A stretch of DNA of 64,000 bases from a virus (taxonomy: Duplodnaviria; Heunggongvirae; Uroviricota; Caudoviricetes), in the IMG/VR virus record IMGVR_UViG_2724679073_000003. One strand, 5' to 3'. This document shows, piece by piece, positions 40,639-51,438 of the stretch; position 1 is the first letter of the stretch; the number at the start of each line of letters is the position of its first letter. The position numbers were made by a program, and so were the translations under genes. The notes below the pieces were generated by a model. The model was not told where the DNA came from. It saw only the letters and a program-made list of their open reading frames with translations, and searched no databases.

Positions 40639-41438
40639 TCACTATTACCAATAAGAAACAGTATCCCAGCGAGCAATATCTTAATGAGCTGATCACCAAC
40701 ATAGAGTTTGCTGCAAGGGCACCAGTTGAAGTCGTGAGAGCAATGGCAGCAGAGCTACAGAAGCGGCGCGAAGCTGATAGCGCAGAACCAGTTGCTTATA
40801 TTTTCAAACATCCGGCCGGGAAATTATTCTGGGCTTTAACGGATGAAAGCAATAAAGATCAATCGGACGTTATTCCTGTTTATGCCGCCCCTCCAGTGCC
40901 AGTAGTACCTGCTGCATTACCTGAGAACGACGATGAGGACGGGCATGACATTGATTATCTTGAGCCATCTGAAGTTTACTCGCTTGGGCGAATAGCTGGC
41001 TGGAACGCCTGCCGTGCTGCCATGCTTCATGGTGCCGAACCTGTAAGCCAAACTTACAAGTTGCCTCCCCTGTCATCCAGAGAAGTAAACGACGCGGCAT
41101 GGAAATTACACAACATGCTGACTGAACACGGCCCTCTAAATGGGTGTCAGTTCAACAATTTGAAAGAGTGCTTCTATGAGGCATTAAAGGTCGCAATGCG
41201 CAACTATCCGGTAACTCCGGATGGTTGGATAAGCTGTAGTGAGCGAATGCCGGATACCAAAACAGCCGTTCTTGTTGCCGTGGAGTTTGACAGGAAAGGT
41301 GACTGGCGAATGAAATGGGCGACTTACATCCCGGGGCATCCTGACGCTAATGATGGGTGGATAATTCCTGGTGCGTCGTGGAAACCGTCACACTGGATGC
41401 GGCTACCAGAACCGCCGCAGGAGGTTAACCGTGGCTAA
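40635..41438 (+). CDS. DUF551-like phage protein
   Basis: C-terminal DGWISCSERMPD ... VLVAVEF ... W pattern. Confidence 0.5.
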   Translation: MITITNKKQYPSEQYLNELITNIEFAARAPVEVVRAMAAELQKRREADSAEPVAYIFKHPAGKLFWALTDESNKDQSDVIPVYAAPPVPVVPAALPENDDEDGHDIDYLEPSEVYSLGRIAGWNACRAAMLHGAEPVSQTYKLPPLSSREVNDAAWKLHNMLTEHGPLNGCQFNNLKECFYEALKVAMRNYPVTPDGWISCSERMPDTKTAVLVAVEFDRKGDWRMKWATYIPGHPDANDGWIIPGASWKPSHWMRLPEPPQEVNRG

Positions 41439-41712
41439 CCTGCAACTAGCCGTTAAAGGTGAATACTTCGATGCCATGATTCGTGGAGAGAAAACGGAAG
41501 AGTATCGCCTGTGTAATGACTACTGGAATAAGCGAATTATGTTCCGGGAGTATGACCGCCTGATTATCACAAAGGGATATCCGAAGCGCGACGATTCCAG
41601 TCGCAGAATAGACGTCCCGTATAACGGATATGAAATCAAGACAATCACACATCCGCACTTCGGTGATAAACCGGTAAAGGTGTACGCGATAAAGGTGAAT
41701 ATCAATGGCTAA
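41431..41712 (+). CDS. ASCH-like domain protein
   Basis: GTG start with RBS GCAGGAGG; VKGEYFDAMIRGEKTEEYRL motif. Confidence 0.45.
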   Translation: MANLQLAVKGEYFDAMIRGEKTEEYRLCNDYWNKRIMFREYDRLIITKGYPKRDDSSRRIDVPYNGYEIKTITHPHFGDKPVKVYAIKVNING

Positions 41713-42121
41713 ATTTCAAAGAGCTATTATTTTTCTGGCTATGTTATCAGCCAGTCATTTATCCCACGCGTCAGTTATTGCCGCTGGAGCGGCGGCAACA
41801 GCAGCGACCACGGCGGCAGTAAATGCTTCTATCGCCAGCGAGCAAGCGCGGCGTGCTGCAACCAATGCTTCCGCAAACACCACCACGGTATCAGCCACAC
41901 AATCAAAACCGAATATAGGCTTTGTTACTTGCGGAAAGAGGAATAGCGAAATGGTTGGTTCTCTTGGTTGTGTAATGTGGCAAGAGGACGATAGGCCTGA
42001 AATCCCGTGGAACTCATGGCCTGGTTACATTCTTGGTAAGAAGATACCCACCAGCTATGAAGTAAATGCTATTTCATTCGACCAATATAACGGTGTTGCA
42101 ACGGTGTATTTTCTGTATTAA
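41705..42121 (+). CDS. Secreted protein with signal peptide
   Basis: MAKFQRAIIFLAMLSASHLSHA signal-like N-terminus then Ala/Thr-rich region. Confidence 0.5.
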   Translation: MAKFQRAIIFLAMLSASHLSHASVIAAGAAATAATTAAVNASIASEQARRAATNASANTTTVSATQSKPNIGFVTCGKRNSEMVGSLGCVMWQEDDRPEIPWNSWPGYILGKKIPTSYEVNAISFDQYNGVATVYFLY

Positions 42122-42133
42122 CACGGAGTAATT

Positions 42134-42427
42134 ATGTGGCGTGGTAATAATCATGGCAAAAGCCAGATGATACTTACCGAATATACGTTAGACCACAAAA
42201 CCAATAAATCACGCTCAGTATATTTGCTCCGGCACAATAGCCGCGTAAGGAATACCGTACTGGAGCAAAATCTGACCGTTGAAATGGATAATTTTGGGAA
42301 CTTCAAGCCAACAATTGCGCTTGATGATTTCCCGCGTGGTTTAAGCGAAAGAGAAGCAATGCTGAAATTAGCAGAATGGCTACAAAGATTAAGCATTGCT
42401 ATTGAAGATAACTGGTCTGAACCTTAA
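42134..42427 (+). CDS. Hypothetical protein
   Basis: 97-aa ORF. Confidence 0.45.
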   Translation: MWRGNNHGKSQMILTEYTLDHKTNKSRSVYLLRHNSRVRNTVLEQNLTVEMDNFGNFKPTIALDDFPRGLSEREAMLKLAEWLQRLSIAIEDNWSEP

Positions 42428-42433
42428 ATTTAT

Positions 42434-42808
42434 ATGATGACACTAAAACATTTTCTTGACCGCCCATTATGGGCGGCAGCCGCAGGCTATGACTTTAATT
42501 ATATGGATTGCATGTCTTATACTGCCAATGCATACGACCATTCGTTCAGCCTGCTGTTTAATTCTTTAAGAATATTGCCGGAAACAGAAGTTGGAGAGCT
42601 TCATTTATGGCTATTGGGTTTTATCGCGGCTGTCGTTGGTATTGCTGTATGGCCTTTTATTTTCTGGCTGGTGGCTGTTGTAGTGTGGTTTAAGTGCAAG
42701 ACATACCGGAAAAAGTATTTCTTAGGTGATGGAATGACTGATATTGCCAAAATGAACATTGAAAAATGGACTAAGGAATGTGAAAAGAAATGGCGCAAAA
42801 AGAAATGA
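42434..42808 (+). CDS. Membrane protein
   Basis: TM segment LWLLGFIAAVVGIAVWPFIFWLVAVVVWF. Confidence 0.5.
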   Translation: MMTLKHFLDRPLWAAAAGYDFNYMDCMSYTANAYDHSFSLLFNSLRILPETEVGELHLWLLGFIAAVVGIAVWPFIFWLVAVVVWFKCKTYRKKYFLGDGMTDIAKMNIEKWTKECEKKWRKKK

Positions 42809-43413
42809 CCAGAATCACTGAAGAGCGTATATCAGAGATTATTTCCCGTATCGAAATGTATGGTCACGGAGCTGGATATACGGCAGATGAAGTATTGGAA
42901 ATAGCCCAGCAGATGCTGGCCTTGAGACAAAAAGAGCAACATGAAAGCAATACGTGTAGATTGAATTTTGAGCAGTGGCTGGAACAGCAACGCGGGAAAA
43001 TCGATGTGGACTGTGGTTGTGTGTCCACTGAAACATTCATGCACTGGCTGCGGGTAGCTTACGAGGCTGGCAACTATCCGGATATTCCGGATAGTTCGGC
43101 GCAAGCACCAGGGAAGGGGGGCTTCCCCGGAGAGCGGATCCGAATTAAGCCGCATGTTTACCGTGAACTGGTTAACCGCCTCCACGATACAGCGATCAAG
43201 TGTGCTGGCACCCAGCAATTACGGGAAAGAATTAGCCGCGTTTTGGGCGAAGTTATTACACCAGATCGTCATAAACAAGCCGAGAAAAGCGGCCTGGAAA
43301 GGAGTCATCTTGAGGCGGCATTAAACATTAAACCGGGGCATACGCTAGGTGTCATTGATGCCATGTTGGTTCATGAAATGGCTAAGGCGTTATTGCCACT
43401 GGAGGCTGATTAA
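42790..43413 (+). CDS. Hypothetical protein
   Basis: 207-aa ORF. Confidence 0.5.
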   Translation: MAQKEMTRITEERISEIISRIEMYGHGAGYTADEVLEIAQQMLALRQKEQHESNTCRLNFEQWLEQQRGKIDVDCGCVSTETFMHWLRVAYEAGNYPDIPDSSAQAPGKGGFPGERIRIKPHVYRELVNRLHDTAIKCAGTQQLRERISRVLGEVITPDRHKQAEKSGLERSHLEAALNIKPGHTLGVIDAMLVHEMAKALLPLEAD

Positions 43414-43476
43414 ATTCCGGATAAAGCTGATATCTGATCACCATGCTAAAATCCCCTCAATTCACAGAGGGGATTT

Positions 43477-43749
43477 TTGTATATGTTGCGTAGATTTTTA
43501 GGTAAAAGCGTTATTGTCGGTGCGATGTTGGCTATGTCTGGGTGTGCTATGGTGCAATACAATGACGGAGAAAAGGTTAGCATCCAGTCAGATGGTTGGT
43601 ATGGTCTGGATAGCCTGCAAAAAACAGCGGATAAAGCCTGCCAGCAATACGGAAAGTCTAAAGCCGTATATCAGCATAGCGCGAACGCTAACCCTCATCT
43701 TGCGCCCGGTTCGGGTGTTCAGAATACCATCTGGAAATGTGAGCCTTAA
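43477..43749 (+). CDS. Lipoprotein
   Basis: Signal plus lipobox [12 protein letters not shown]. Confidence 0.55.
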   Translation: MYMLRRFLGKSVIVGAMLAMSGCAMVQYNDGEKVSIQSDGWYGLDSLQKTADKACQQYGKSKAVYQHSANANPHLAPGSGVQNTIWKCEP

Positions 43750-43751
43750 AC

Positions 43752-44000
43752 ATGAGCGACTGGAATATTGCAGCCAAAAGTCAGGAAGAACGGGATAAGG
43801 TTAACGTAGATCTGGCTGCCAGCGGTGTGGCGTACAAAGAGCGATTGAACATACCAGTCATAGCGGAACAGGTGGCCAGGGAACAACCTGAGCACTTGCG
43901 TGCATATTTCATGGAAAGACTACGTTATTACCGCGAGCAGAGCGTGAAACTACCAAAAGGAAGTGATCCGGTATATCAAAAGGCAGATCCACAAAAATAA
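43752..44000 (+). CDS. hot: DNA polymerase III theta-subunit homolog
   Basis: [38 protein letters not shown] resembles E. coli HolE as recalled. Confidence 0.8.
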   Translation: MSDWNIAAKSQEERDKVNVDLAASGVAYKERLNIPVIAEQVAREQPEHLRAYFMERLRYYREQSVKLPKGSDPVYQKADPQK

Positions 44001-44075
44001 GCCTTTTCAATAAGCTATATCACCACCAGCTAAAAAATACATTCTGACTTGCATGAAATGCGCCCTTTAGCGATA

Positions 44076-44095
44076 TACTGTATATAAACACAGTA
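44076..44095 (+). promoter_or_regulatory. LexA box upstream of humD
   Basis: TACTGTATATAAACACAGTA (CTGT-N8-ACAG). Confidence 0.85.
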
Positions 44096-44111
44096 TTTAG
44101 GAGGGCGTATA

Positions 44112-44504
44112 ATGGGATTCCCATCACCAGCAGCCGATTTTGCTGAAAGCAGAATTTCGCTTGACGCACAATTCATCAAACGACCAACCGCAACATATTT
44201 CATGCGGGCCGCCTGCTCACATCTCCGTGAGGGGATTTTGCAAGGTGCAATGCTGGTGGTTGATTCATCTCTTCCACCACTGGATGGTTCTCTACTCATA
44301 TGTGCCGTAGAGGGAGAATTTCGCGTAAAGCGATACCGCAAGCATCCTCGCCCACACCTTGAGGATCTGGAAAGCGGAAGACGTGAGTCACTGCCAGATG
44401 ATGATGACAGCAGCTATTCCGGGAGTCAGGCCATATTCGGGGTAATCACATACATCATTAACGATGCCAGGAGTGGGGAATTTGATGATTGCCCGGTGAT
44501 TTAA
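44112..44504 (+). CDS. humD: UmuD'-like protein
   Basis: Resembles C-terminal S24-peptidase fold of UmuD; LexA box upstream. Confidence 0.8.
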   Translation: MGFPSPAADFAESRISLDAQFIKRPTATYFMRAACSHLREGILQGAMLVVDSSLPPLDGSLLICAVEGEFRVKRYRKHPRPHLEDLESGRRESLPDDDDSSYSGSQAIFGVITYIINDARSGEFDDCPVI

Positions 44505-44539
44505 GCTGCAAAGAGCTGGTGCTTTATGCTTGTGAAGTT

Positions 44540-44572
44540 TATACTTGTGTACACATAACGAGTACACGAGGT
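44540..44572 (+). promoter_or_regulatory. phd-doc promoter/operator palindromes
   Basis: CTTGTGTACACATAACGAGTACAC containing GTGTACAC-type palindromes directly upstream of phd. Confidence 0.5.
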
Positions 44573-44576
44573 GTTT

Positions 44577-44798
44577 ATGCAATCCATTAACTTCCGTACC
44601 GCGCGCGGCAACCTTTCTGAAGTGCTCAACAATGTTGAAGCCGGGGAAGAGGTTGAAATCACCCGCAGAGGCCGTGAGCCAGCAGTAATTGTCAGCAAGG
44701 CTACTTTCGAAGCCTACAAAAAAGCGGCGCTGGATGCTGAATTTGCATCCCTGTTTGACACCCTGGACTCCACCAACAAGGAACTGGTTAACCGATAA
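44577..44798 (+). CDS. phd: Phd antitoxin
   Basis: [73 protein letters not shown], recognised as P1 Phd. Confidence 0.92.
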
Positions 44799-45178
44799 TG
44801 AGGCATATATCACCGGAAGAACTTATTGCGCTTCATGATGCGAATATAAGCCGCTACGGCGGCCTGCCTGGCATGTCAGATCCGGGCAGGGCAGAGGCCA
44901 TTATCGGGAGAGTTCAGGCCAGAGTTGCCTACGAAGAGATCACCGACCTTTTCGAAGTCTCCGCCACCTACCTGGTGGCTACAGCGAGAGGGCATATATT
45001 CAATGATGCCAATAAGCGTACCGCGCTAAACAGCGCGCTGCTATTTCTACGCCGTAACGGGGTGCAGGTATTTGATTCACCTGAACTGGCAGACCTTACT
45101 GTAGGCGCTGCGACTGGCGAGATATCTGTATCTTCTGTCGCCGACACGTTACGTAGATTGTATGGTTCTGCGGAGTAG
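44798..45178 (+). CDS. doc: Doc toxin (Fic-family kinase)
   Basis: ATGA overlap with phd; Fic-like motif [11 protein letters not shown]. Confidence 0.92.
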
Positions 45179-45362
45179 ATTAATGGCACGCAAATACAAC
45201 AAATTGTCCCGTGAAGCGTTAAAGATGCTTCTTGATGGCGTGAGTCGCCGCGAGGTAAAGCAATACCTGGTTGGTAAGCAAATTGGAGCCAGGACTGCTA
45301 TTGCTGTGTTATGCCGTCAGGAAATGGTTGTGCTTAAACAGAGAATGCCGGGCAGCAGATAA
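45162..45362 (+). CDS. pdcA: Post-doc small protein
   Basis: 66-aa ORF overlapping doc end. Confidence 0.45.
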
Positions 45363-45389
45363 AGCCCAATCAGTGATGAAAGGTGTGAT

Positions 45390-46433
45390 GTGAAAGCCGT
45401 AATTACTCCCTTTGTACAAAAAGAGCTTGGCGTCGCCACATTCAAAGTGGATCAGGAAGTCAGAAAGCTGGTGGAGGCTGGCCGTAAATTTATTATGGAG
45501 CCGGTGCCGCGTGAGTTAATCGAGCACATGGACGACGGCCTCGTTGTTTCCGAGCAAACTATGGCAACAAATGAGGCGTTGCAGCCGTTTTTTAACAGCG
45601 ATGAACTGTTTCGCCGTATTGGTGGAATTGACGCGCTGGTGGCGTGGTTGCGCAGGAAAGAGGGGCAATGCCAGGCCGCAGATCGTAGCTGGTGTGACAA
45701 CCATATTGTCCACGCAGAACGAGACAATAGCGCGGTGTTGTTGTGCTGGCATCACGATAACCATTACCGGATGCGTGGTTTTAATGAGCTGAAAGAAACG
45801 CTGCATAATAATCGCGTTAACTGGATACTGGATGTCGCCCGTCAGGAAATGGGGCTTTCAGATGGCCATGATTTAAGTATTCAGGAACTGTGCTGGTGGG
45901 CTTTCATGCGCAACATGATGCACCTGATGCCGGAAGAAGTTTGCCGTATATCAATAAATAAGATGAAAGCCGCAACGCAGGATAGCGGACCTCTGAAAGA
46001 GGCGGATATTCGCCCGTATGACGATCGCGCTACAGCATATGTTCAGATGATGGAAGAACGCGCCGCGCCGATGCGTGCAAAAGTATGCCCTGTGGATGTT
46101 GACTCCGACCCTGGCATGGCGCATTTCAAAATACCAAAACTGCAATCGCTAAAATTACCTGAGTACATGGACTTTGTTGCTTCCCGTCCATGCTGTGGGT
46201 GTGGAGCGGCGGGAGCTGGCGCTCACATTACGCCTTATATCGTTCGTCATAGTCGATTATGCGCGCATGACATTTACGCAATTCCTCTGTGCCAGTCATG
46301 CCAGCGTGATATTGAGCGTGACCGCGATAATTGGGAGAAGACGCACGGTAGGCTGGCGATGCATCAACGATTGTTCTTTGATTACGCGCTTGGAGTCGGC
46401 GCTATCACAAGTCACTCGTCGAGCGTTAGATAA
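45390..46433 (+). CDS. pdcB: Post-doc Cys-rich protein
   Basis: 347-aa [15 protein letters not shown] ... CQSCQ cysteine cluster. Confidence 0.55.
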   Translation: MKAVITPFVQKELGVATFKVDQEVRKLVEAGRKFIMEPVPRELIEHMDDGLVVSEQTMATNEALQPFFNSDELFRRIGGIDALVAWLRRKEGQCQAADRSWCDNHIVHAERDNSAVLLCWHHDNHYRMRGFNELKETLHNNRVNWILDVARQEMGLSDGHDLSIQELCWWAFMRNMMHLMPEEVCRISINKMKAATQDSGPLKEADIRPYDDRATAYVQMMEERAAPMRAKVCPVDVDSDPGMAHFKIPKLQSLKLPEYMDFVASRPCCGCGAAGAGAHITPYIVRHSRLCAHDIYAIPLCQSCQRDIERDRDNWEKTHGRLAMHQRLFFDYALGVGAITSHSSSVR

Positions 46434-46434
46434 A

Positions 46435-46451
46435 ATTGCTCTAATGTATTG
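46435..46451 (+). promoter_or_regulatory. C1 operator upstream of lpa
   Basis: ATTGCTCTAATGTATTG, first 11 positions match consensus. Confidence 0.55.
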
Positions 46452-46521
46452 CTATTTCTTTAATCGAGGGTATTATATTCCACGTTGATTAGTTGACATG
46501 GGCTAATCAGTAGGTGACAGG

Positions 46522-46974
46522 ATGTTACTTAACTGGCAGGGACGCCACTTCATGGAAATAAATCACTCACGAATAACATCGTACGAGATTGCGGATTACA
46601 TGATCCGCACTAAATCTCTTCTATCAGCGAAAGAACTCGCAGCAATTCTTGAAAAGGAATACCCGCATCTGGATGTCGATAAGCGCGATGTTTATCTGCG
46701 CTTAAAGGCTATCGCTGTGTCTAAGTATTCGTCTGTTTTGATTGATGACAGTACACGCCCACGTAGATTTCAGATCCACTCTCTGAATCCTGAATTCTTT
46801 CGCCGTAGCCGCGCTCCGCGCCGGTTTGATGAAAAACTCCAGAACGAACTCTATATGACGCAGGACGAAAAGGAACGCCGGGAGCACCAGCCTTGGGTAA
46901 TGGCGCGTCAACTTTTCAATAAGGTGGCCCGTCAGCACCGTCATTACGGTAATGCCACATCCGCACGTATCTGA
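46522..46974 (+). CDS. lpa: Late promoter activator Lpa candidate
   Basis: About 150-aa ORF between C1 operator and pacA, as in P1; start may be internal Met at 46552. Confidence 0.65.
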   Translation: MLLNWQGRHFMEINHSRITSYEIADYMIRTKSLLSAKELAAILEKEYPHLDVDKRDVYLRLKAIAVSKYSSVLIDDSTRPRRFQIHSLNPEFFRRSRAPRRFDEKLQNELYMTQDEKERREHQPWVMARQLFNKVARQHRHYGNATSARI

Positions 46975-47059
46975 TTGATTGCTTGCCCGTTCCGGGCCTT
47001 TTGACATGTGACTTTCGTTACCCTCGCGTCAAAAAGAGTTTTTACGAAAGGAAGCATAA

Positions 47060-48253
47060 GTGACCTGGGACGATCACAAGAAGAATTTTGCTCGCCTGGC
47101 GCGAGATGGTGGTTACACCATCGCACAGTATGCCGCCGAGTTTAATCTTAACCCTAATACCGCACGTCGTTATCTCCGTGCCTTCAAAGAAGACACCAGG
47201 ACAGCGGACAGCCGCAAGCCAAATAAGCCAGTCAGGAAGCCACTAAAAAGCATGATCATTGATCACTCTAATGATCAACATGCAGGTGATCATATTGCAG
47301 CTGAAATAGCTGAAAAACAAAGAGTTAATGCTGTTGTCAGTGCCGCAGTCGAGAACGCTAAGCGCCAAAATAAGCGCATAAATGATCGTTCTGATGATCA
47401 TGACGTGATCACCCGCGCCCACCGTACCTTACGTGATCGCCTGGAACGCGACACCCTGGATGATGATGGTGAACGCTTTGAATTCGAAGCTGGCGATTAC
47501 CTGATAGATAACGTTGAAGCGCGGAAGGCCGCTCGCGCTATGTTGCGTCGGTCCGGGGCCGATGTTCTGGAAACCACTCTTCTGGAAAAGTCTCTTTCTC
47601 ATCTCCTTATGCTGGAGAACGCCAGGGATACGTGTATTCGCCTGGTGCAGGAAATGCACGAGCAGCAAAAAGACGATGATGAAGGTACTCCGCCTGAATA
47701 CCGTATCGCGAGCATGCTAAACAGCTGTTCCGCGCAGATAAGCAGCCTGATCAACACCATTTACAGCATCCGGAATAACTATCGAAAAGAAAGCCGGGAG
47801 GCGGAAAAGCACGCTTTGTCTATGGGGCAAGCTGGCATTGTTAAGCTGGCATACGAACGAAAGCGTGAAAATAACTGGTCAGTGCTGGAAGCAGCTGAAT
47901 TCATCGAGGCGCATGGCGGGAAAGTGCCGCCCCTGATGCTGGAGCAAATCAAAGCCGATCTGCGTGCTCCGAAGACCAATACCGATGATGAGGAAAGGCA
48001 AACAGCCGTCGGTGGCCCTTCTCTTGAAGATCTGGACAAAGTTGCGCGAGAACGGGCCGCCAACCGCCGCGCCGATGCCGCATTGTGGATTGAGCAGCGT
48101 AGGGAAGAAATCGCCGATATCGTTGATACAGGCGGTTATGGAGATGTTGATACTGAAGGTGTATCAAACGAACCATGGCTGGAACAAGACCTGGACGAAG
48201 ACGAGGAGGAAGACGAAGAAGTTACCCGCAAGCTATACGGGGATGATGATTAA
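47060..48253 (+). CDS. pacA: Terminase small subunit PacA, 397 aa
   Basis: GTG start with RBS AAGGAAG; length equals P1 PacA; contains pac repeats; acidic C-terminus. Confidence 0.85.
   Translation: MTWDDHKKNFARLARDGGYTIAQYAAEFNLNPNTARRYLRAFKEDTRTADSRKPNKPVRKPLKSMIIDHSNDQHAGDHIAAEIAEKQRVNAVVSAAVENAKRQNKRINDRSDDHDVITRAHRTLRDRLERDTLDDDGERFEFEAGDYLIDNVEARKAARAMLRRSGADVLETTLLEKSLSHLLMLENARDTCIRLVQEMHEQQKDDDEGTPPEYRIASMLNSCSAQISSLINTIYSIRNNYRKESREAEKHALSMGQAGIVKLAYERKRENNWSVLEAAEFIEAHGGKVPPLMLEQIKADLRAPKTNTDDEERQTAVGGPSLEDLDKVARERAANRRADAALWIEQRREEIADIVDTGGYGDVDTEGVSNEPWLEQDLDEDEEEDEEVTRKLYGDDD
47252..47412 (+). other. pac cleavage site: clustered TGATCA/G hexamers with GATC Dam sites inside pacA
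   Basis: CATGATCATTGATCACTCTAATGATCAACATGCAGGTGATCAT ... AATGATCGTTCTGATGATCATGACGTGATCAC. Confidence 0.75.
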
Positions 48254-49737
48254 TGGCCAGAAGTTGCGTAACGGATCCACGTTGGCGCGAGCTGGTGGCG
48301 CTATATCGTTATGACTGGATTGCGGCCGCTGATGTTTTGTTCGGCAAAACACCTACCTGGCAGCAGGATCTGATTATTGAGTCTGTGCAGGAACAGGGTA
48401 GCAAGACATCTGTTTCGTCTGGCCACGGTACCGGGAAATCAGACATGACTTCTATCATGATCATGTTGTTCATAATCATGTATCCCGGTGCCCGAGCCAT
48501 TATCGTTGCGAACAAAATTCAGCAGGTAATGACCGGTATATTCAAGTACATCAAGATAAACTGGGCTACTGCCACCAGCCGTTTTCCATGGCTTGCTGAT
48601 TATTTTGTTCTGACAGAAACCGCTTTCTATGAGGTTACTGGTAAAGGTGTATGGACTGTAGTACCGAAGGGCTTTCGTCTGGGAAGTGAAGAAGCTCTCG
48701 CCGGTGAACACGCAGATCATCTTCTGTATATTATCGATGAAGCCTCCGGTGTCAGTGATAGAGCTTTCGGTATCATCACCGGTGCTCTTACCGGACAGGA
48801 TAACCGCATCTTATTACTGTCACAGCCTACACGCCCAAGCGGCTATTTCTACGATACTCACCATAAACTGGCCAAGCGTCCTGGTAACCCTGATGGCGTT
48901 TATACGGCGATCACGCTTAACAGTGAGGAATCACCGCTGGTAACGCCAGCATTTATCAAAATGAAGCTGGCGGAGTACGGCGGGCGTGATAACCCTATGT
49001 ACATGATTAAGGTACGCGGACTATTCCCTAAATCACAGGATGGCTTCCTTCTTGGACGTGATGAGGTTGAACGTGCGACGCGGCGGAAAGTCAAGATTGC
49101 CAAAGGATGGGGCTGGCTTGCATGTGTGGACGTTGCTGGTGGTACGGGACGGGATAAGTCCGTTATCAATATCATGATGGTGTCCGGCCAGAGAAATAAA
49201 CGCCGTGTAATCAACTATCGAATGCTGGAATACACAGACGTTACAGAAACGCAGCTTGCCGCCAAAATTTTCGCAGAATGTAATCCTGAGCGATTCCCAA
49301 ATATCACCATAGCGATAGACGGCGATGGGCTGGGTAAAGCAACGGCGGATCTGATGTACGAGTATTATGGTATTACCGTACAGCGTATACGCTGGGGTAA
49401 AAAGATGCATAGTCGTGAAGATAAGAGCCTGTACTTTGATAAACGTGCTTATGCCAACGTTCAAGCCGCAGAGGCCGTAAAATCTGGTCGTATGAGACTG
49501 GATAAGGGTAATGAAACTATTGAGGAAGCGTCGAAAATCCCTGTAGGGATTAACTCCGCAGGTCAATGGAAGGTGATGAGTAAGGAGGATATGAAGAAAA
49601 AACTCAACCTGCACTCACCAGACCATTGGGATACATATTGTTTCGCTATGCTGGCGGATTATGTTCCCCAGGATGAAGTGCTTAGCGTCGAAGACGAAGC
49701 GCAGGTTGATGAAGCTCTGGCATGGCTTAATGAATGA
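48253..49737 (+). CDS. pacB: Terminase large subunit PacB, 494 aa
   Basis: ATGA-coupled to pacA; length equals P1 PacB; Walker A-like SGHGTGKS. Confidence 0.88.
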   Translation: MARSCVTDPRWRELVALYRYDWIAAADVLFGKTPTWQQDLIIESVQEQGSKTSVSSGHGTGKSDMTSIMIMLFIIMYPGARAIIVANKIQQVMTGIFKYIKINWATATSRFPWLADYFVLTETAFYEVTGKGVWTVVPKGFRLGSEEALAGEHADHLLYIIDEASGVSDRAFGIITGALTGQDNRILLLSQPTRPSGYFYDTHHKLAKRPGNPDGVYTAITLNSEESPLVTPAFIKMKLAEYGGRDNPMYMIKVRGLFPKSQDGFLLGRDEVERATRRKVKIAKGWGWLACVDVAGGTGRDKSVINIMMVSGQRNKRRVINYRMLEYTDVTETQLAAKIFAECNPERFPNITIAIDGDGLGKATADLMYEYYGITVQRIRWGKKMHSREDKSLYFDKRAYANVQAAEAVKSGRMRLDKGNETIEEASKIPVGINSAGQWKVMSKEDMKKKLNLHSPDHWDTYCFAMLADYVPQDEVLSVEDEAQVDEALAWLNE

Positions 49738-49740
49738 ATA

Positions 49741-49757
49741 TTTGCTCTAATAAATTG
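49741..49757 (+). promoter_or_regulatory. C1 operator (Op51-like) heading immI-like cassette
   Basis: TTTGCTCTAATAAATTG 15/17. Confidence 0.65.
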
Positions 49758-49895
49758 TGTTTTTTAACTGCCGATGTTACATTGAACCTGACCTCTTGCG
49801 CCTTGAGGCATTTTCGGTTTATGCTTATCAGGCACCTCATTAAAACGGGTGCCGGGATTGGCCTCCCGCTTAAGTCTAAGGCGATACAGACGCCG

Positions 49896-49939
49896 CTCGC
49901 GTCTTTTTTTGTATCGGCGTACACGCACACCTCTACAAT
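49896..49939 (+). promoter_or_regulatory. Sigma70-like promoter directly upstream of c4-like RNA
   Basis: TTGTAT-N19-TACAAT. Confidence 0.4.
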
Positions 49940-49940
49940 G

Positions 49941-50015
49941 GTGGGCTGTATGGGGCTACCTTCGGGTAGGCTGGTTACCTTGGACGCCAGTAAGGCCAAC
50001 TCCGTACAGTCCACC
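49941..50015 (+). ncRNA. c4-like antisense RNA candidate (about 75 nt)
   Basis: Terminal stem GGTGGGCTGTATGG / CCGTACAGTCCACC enclosing UUCG-loop hairpin; CCTTGGACG complementary (one G-U) to the icd RBS region CGTCTAAGG. Confidence 0.45.
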
Positions 50016-50075
50016 GCCAGCAAGATTGGTCTCTTCTGCGGTGGTTACATACCAACGTCTAAGGAGGCTGCCAAT

Positions 50076-50297
50076 ATGGCTACTATCCCTACCCCAACTC
50101 ATCCTGAATTTATCTGGCGCTTTTACTCCTGCCAAAAACGTCACTATCACTTCGTTATTGCACCGACAGAAGATGAGGCTCGCTCTCAGCTTCCGGATGC
50201 TCCCTGCATTTTCTCCGCCCGTTTTTCCACTGATTTGCGCAATTCTCTCAGTTACTGGTGCCTCCCTGTAAACGCTTCTGCTCAGGAGGGACTATGA
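50076..50297 (+). CDS. icd: Icd-like small protein, 73 aa, translationally coupled to ant
   Basis: RBS AAGGAGG before ATG 50076; stop overlaps ant start (ATGA). Confidence 0.6.
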   Translation: MATIPTPTHPEFIWRFYSCQKRHYHFVIAPTEDEARSQLPDAPCIFSARFSTDLRNSLSYWCLPVNASAQEGL

Positions 50298-51406
50298 GAA
50301 CGTCATTAGTCACCCGTGAAGAGATGATCGAGGCAATTGAACAGCATACCGCCTGTATCAGTACCAGGGATATACCAGGCGTTATTGCCAACTACTTCAT
50401 GATCACCAAACAACTTTACCGGAGAAAGGACAAAAACGCGGTTCACCGCATTCTGCTAACCGATATCCGTGAATACCTGCTCGAACAGGGTCATCTGAAT
50501 TACGCAACCGTCGCAGCCGAAGCACGCAAGGAGGCACACAGAATGAAAGCAACTAACGTTAAATCAGAAAAAATTTATGCACCTTCAGTTCAGGAATCGG
50601 AACTGGTGGTTGTTCAGAATCAGCCGGATGAAATTCCCGTTCTGGAGTGGCAGGGGGTGCGTGTAGTGACAACCGAGACTCTTGCTAGAGGGTATGGGAC
50701 CGAAACTAATAACATCAAAGTTAACTATACGCGTAATGCTGATCGCTTTGAGGAAGGTAAACATTACTTTCTACTAACTGGTTCAAAATTAAAAGAATTG
50801 AAGGACAAGGTTACTCAAAGTAACTTAGTCGCACCGCGAGCAAAGCACCTCACTCTCTGGACGGAACGCGGCGCAGCCCGCCACGCTAAAATGCTCGAAA
50901 CCGATCAGGCATGGGCATTCTTTGAAAAACTGGAAGACAGCTACTTCCGGCAAAAAGAACAGCAACCGGTTGCAATCCCCCAGACGCTTCCAGAAGCTCT
51001 GCGCCTGGCTGCCGAACTGGCTGAACAAAAGCAGCTTCTGGAACAGAAAGCCCACCAGCTAAATCAGCAGCTGGTGGCCGCCGCTCCTAAAGTCGATTTT
51101 GCCGACCGGGTATCAGTAGCTAAAGGGATCCTGATTGGGAATTTTGCAAAGGTTGTTGGACTTAAGCAAAACGCGCTGTTTGTCTGGTTACGGGAGAACG
51201 GCATCCTGATAGCGTCCGGTGGACGTAAAAATGTGCCGTTCCAGCAGTACATCAACGCGGGGTATTTCACGGTGAAAGAAGTGGTACTGGATGATGAAGA
51301 TGGCTACCAGATACGGTTGACGCCTCAATTAACGGGTAAAGGCCAGCAGTGGTTGACGCGTAAACTGCTCGATGCTGGCTTGTTAAAACCGGTGGCGGCT
51401 GAATAA
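50294..51406 (+). CDS. ant: Antirepressor Ant, second copy, KilAC C-terminal domain
   Basis: RBS AGGAGGG before ATG 50294; C-terminal 170 aa nearly identical to the ant at the window start. Confidence 0.8.
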   Translation: MRTSLVTREEMIEAIEQHTACISTRDIPGVIANYFMITKQLYRRKDKNAVHRILLTDIREYLLEQGHLNYATVAAEARKEAHRMKATNVKSEKIYAPSVQESELVVVQNQPDEIPVLEWQGVRVVTTETLARGYGTETNNIKVNYTRNADRFEEGKHYFLLTGSKLKELKDKVTQSNLVAPRAKHLTLWTERGAARHAKMLETDQAWAFFEKLEDSYFRQKEQQPVAIPQTLPEALRLAAELAEQKQLLEQKAHQLNQQLVAAAPKVDFADRVSVAKGILIGNFAKVVGLKQNALFVWLRENGILIASGGRKNVPFQQYINAGYFTVKEVVLDDEDGYQIRLTPQLTGKGQQWLTRKLLDAGLLKPVAAE

Positions 51407-51413
51407 TGGAAGA

Positions 51414-51435
51414 ATGCCCGGTTGATGCCGGGCAT
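51414..51435. terminator. Bidirectional hairpin between convergent ant and c1
   Basis: ATGCCCGG-TTGATG-CCGGGCAT. Confidence 0.6.
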
Positions 51436-51438
51436 AAT

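Noticed and set aside
44030-44341. 103-aa - strand ORF across the LexA box and humD
   Set aside because: Antisense to the UmuD'-like gene and covers the LexA operator.
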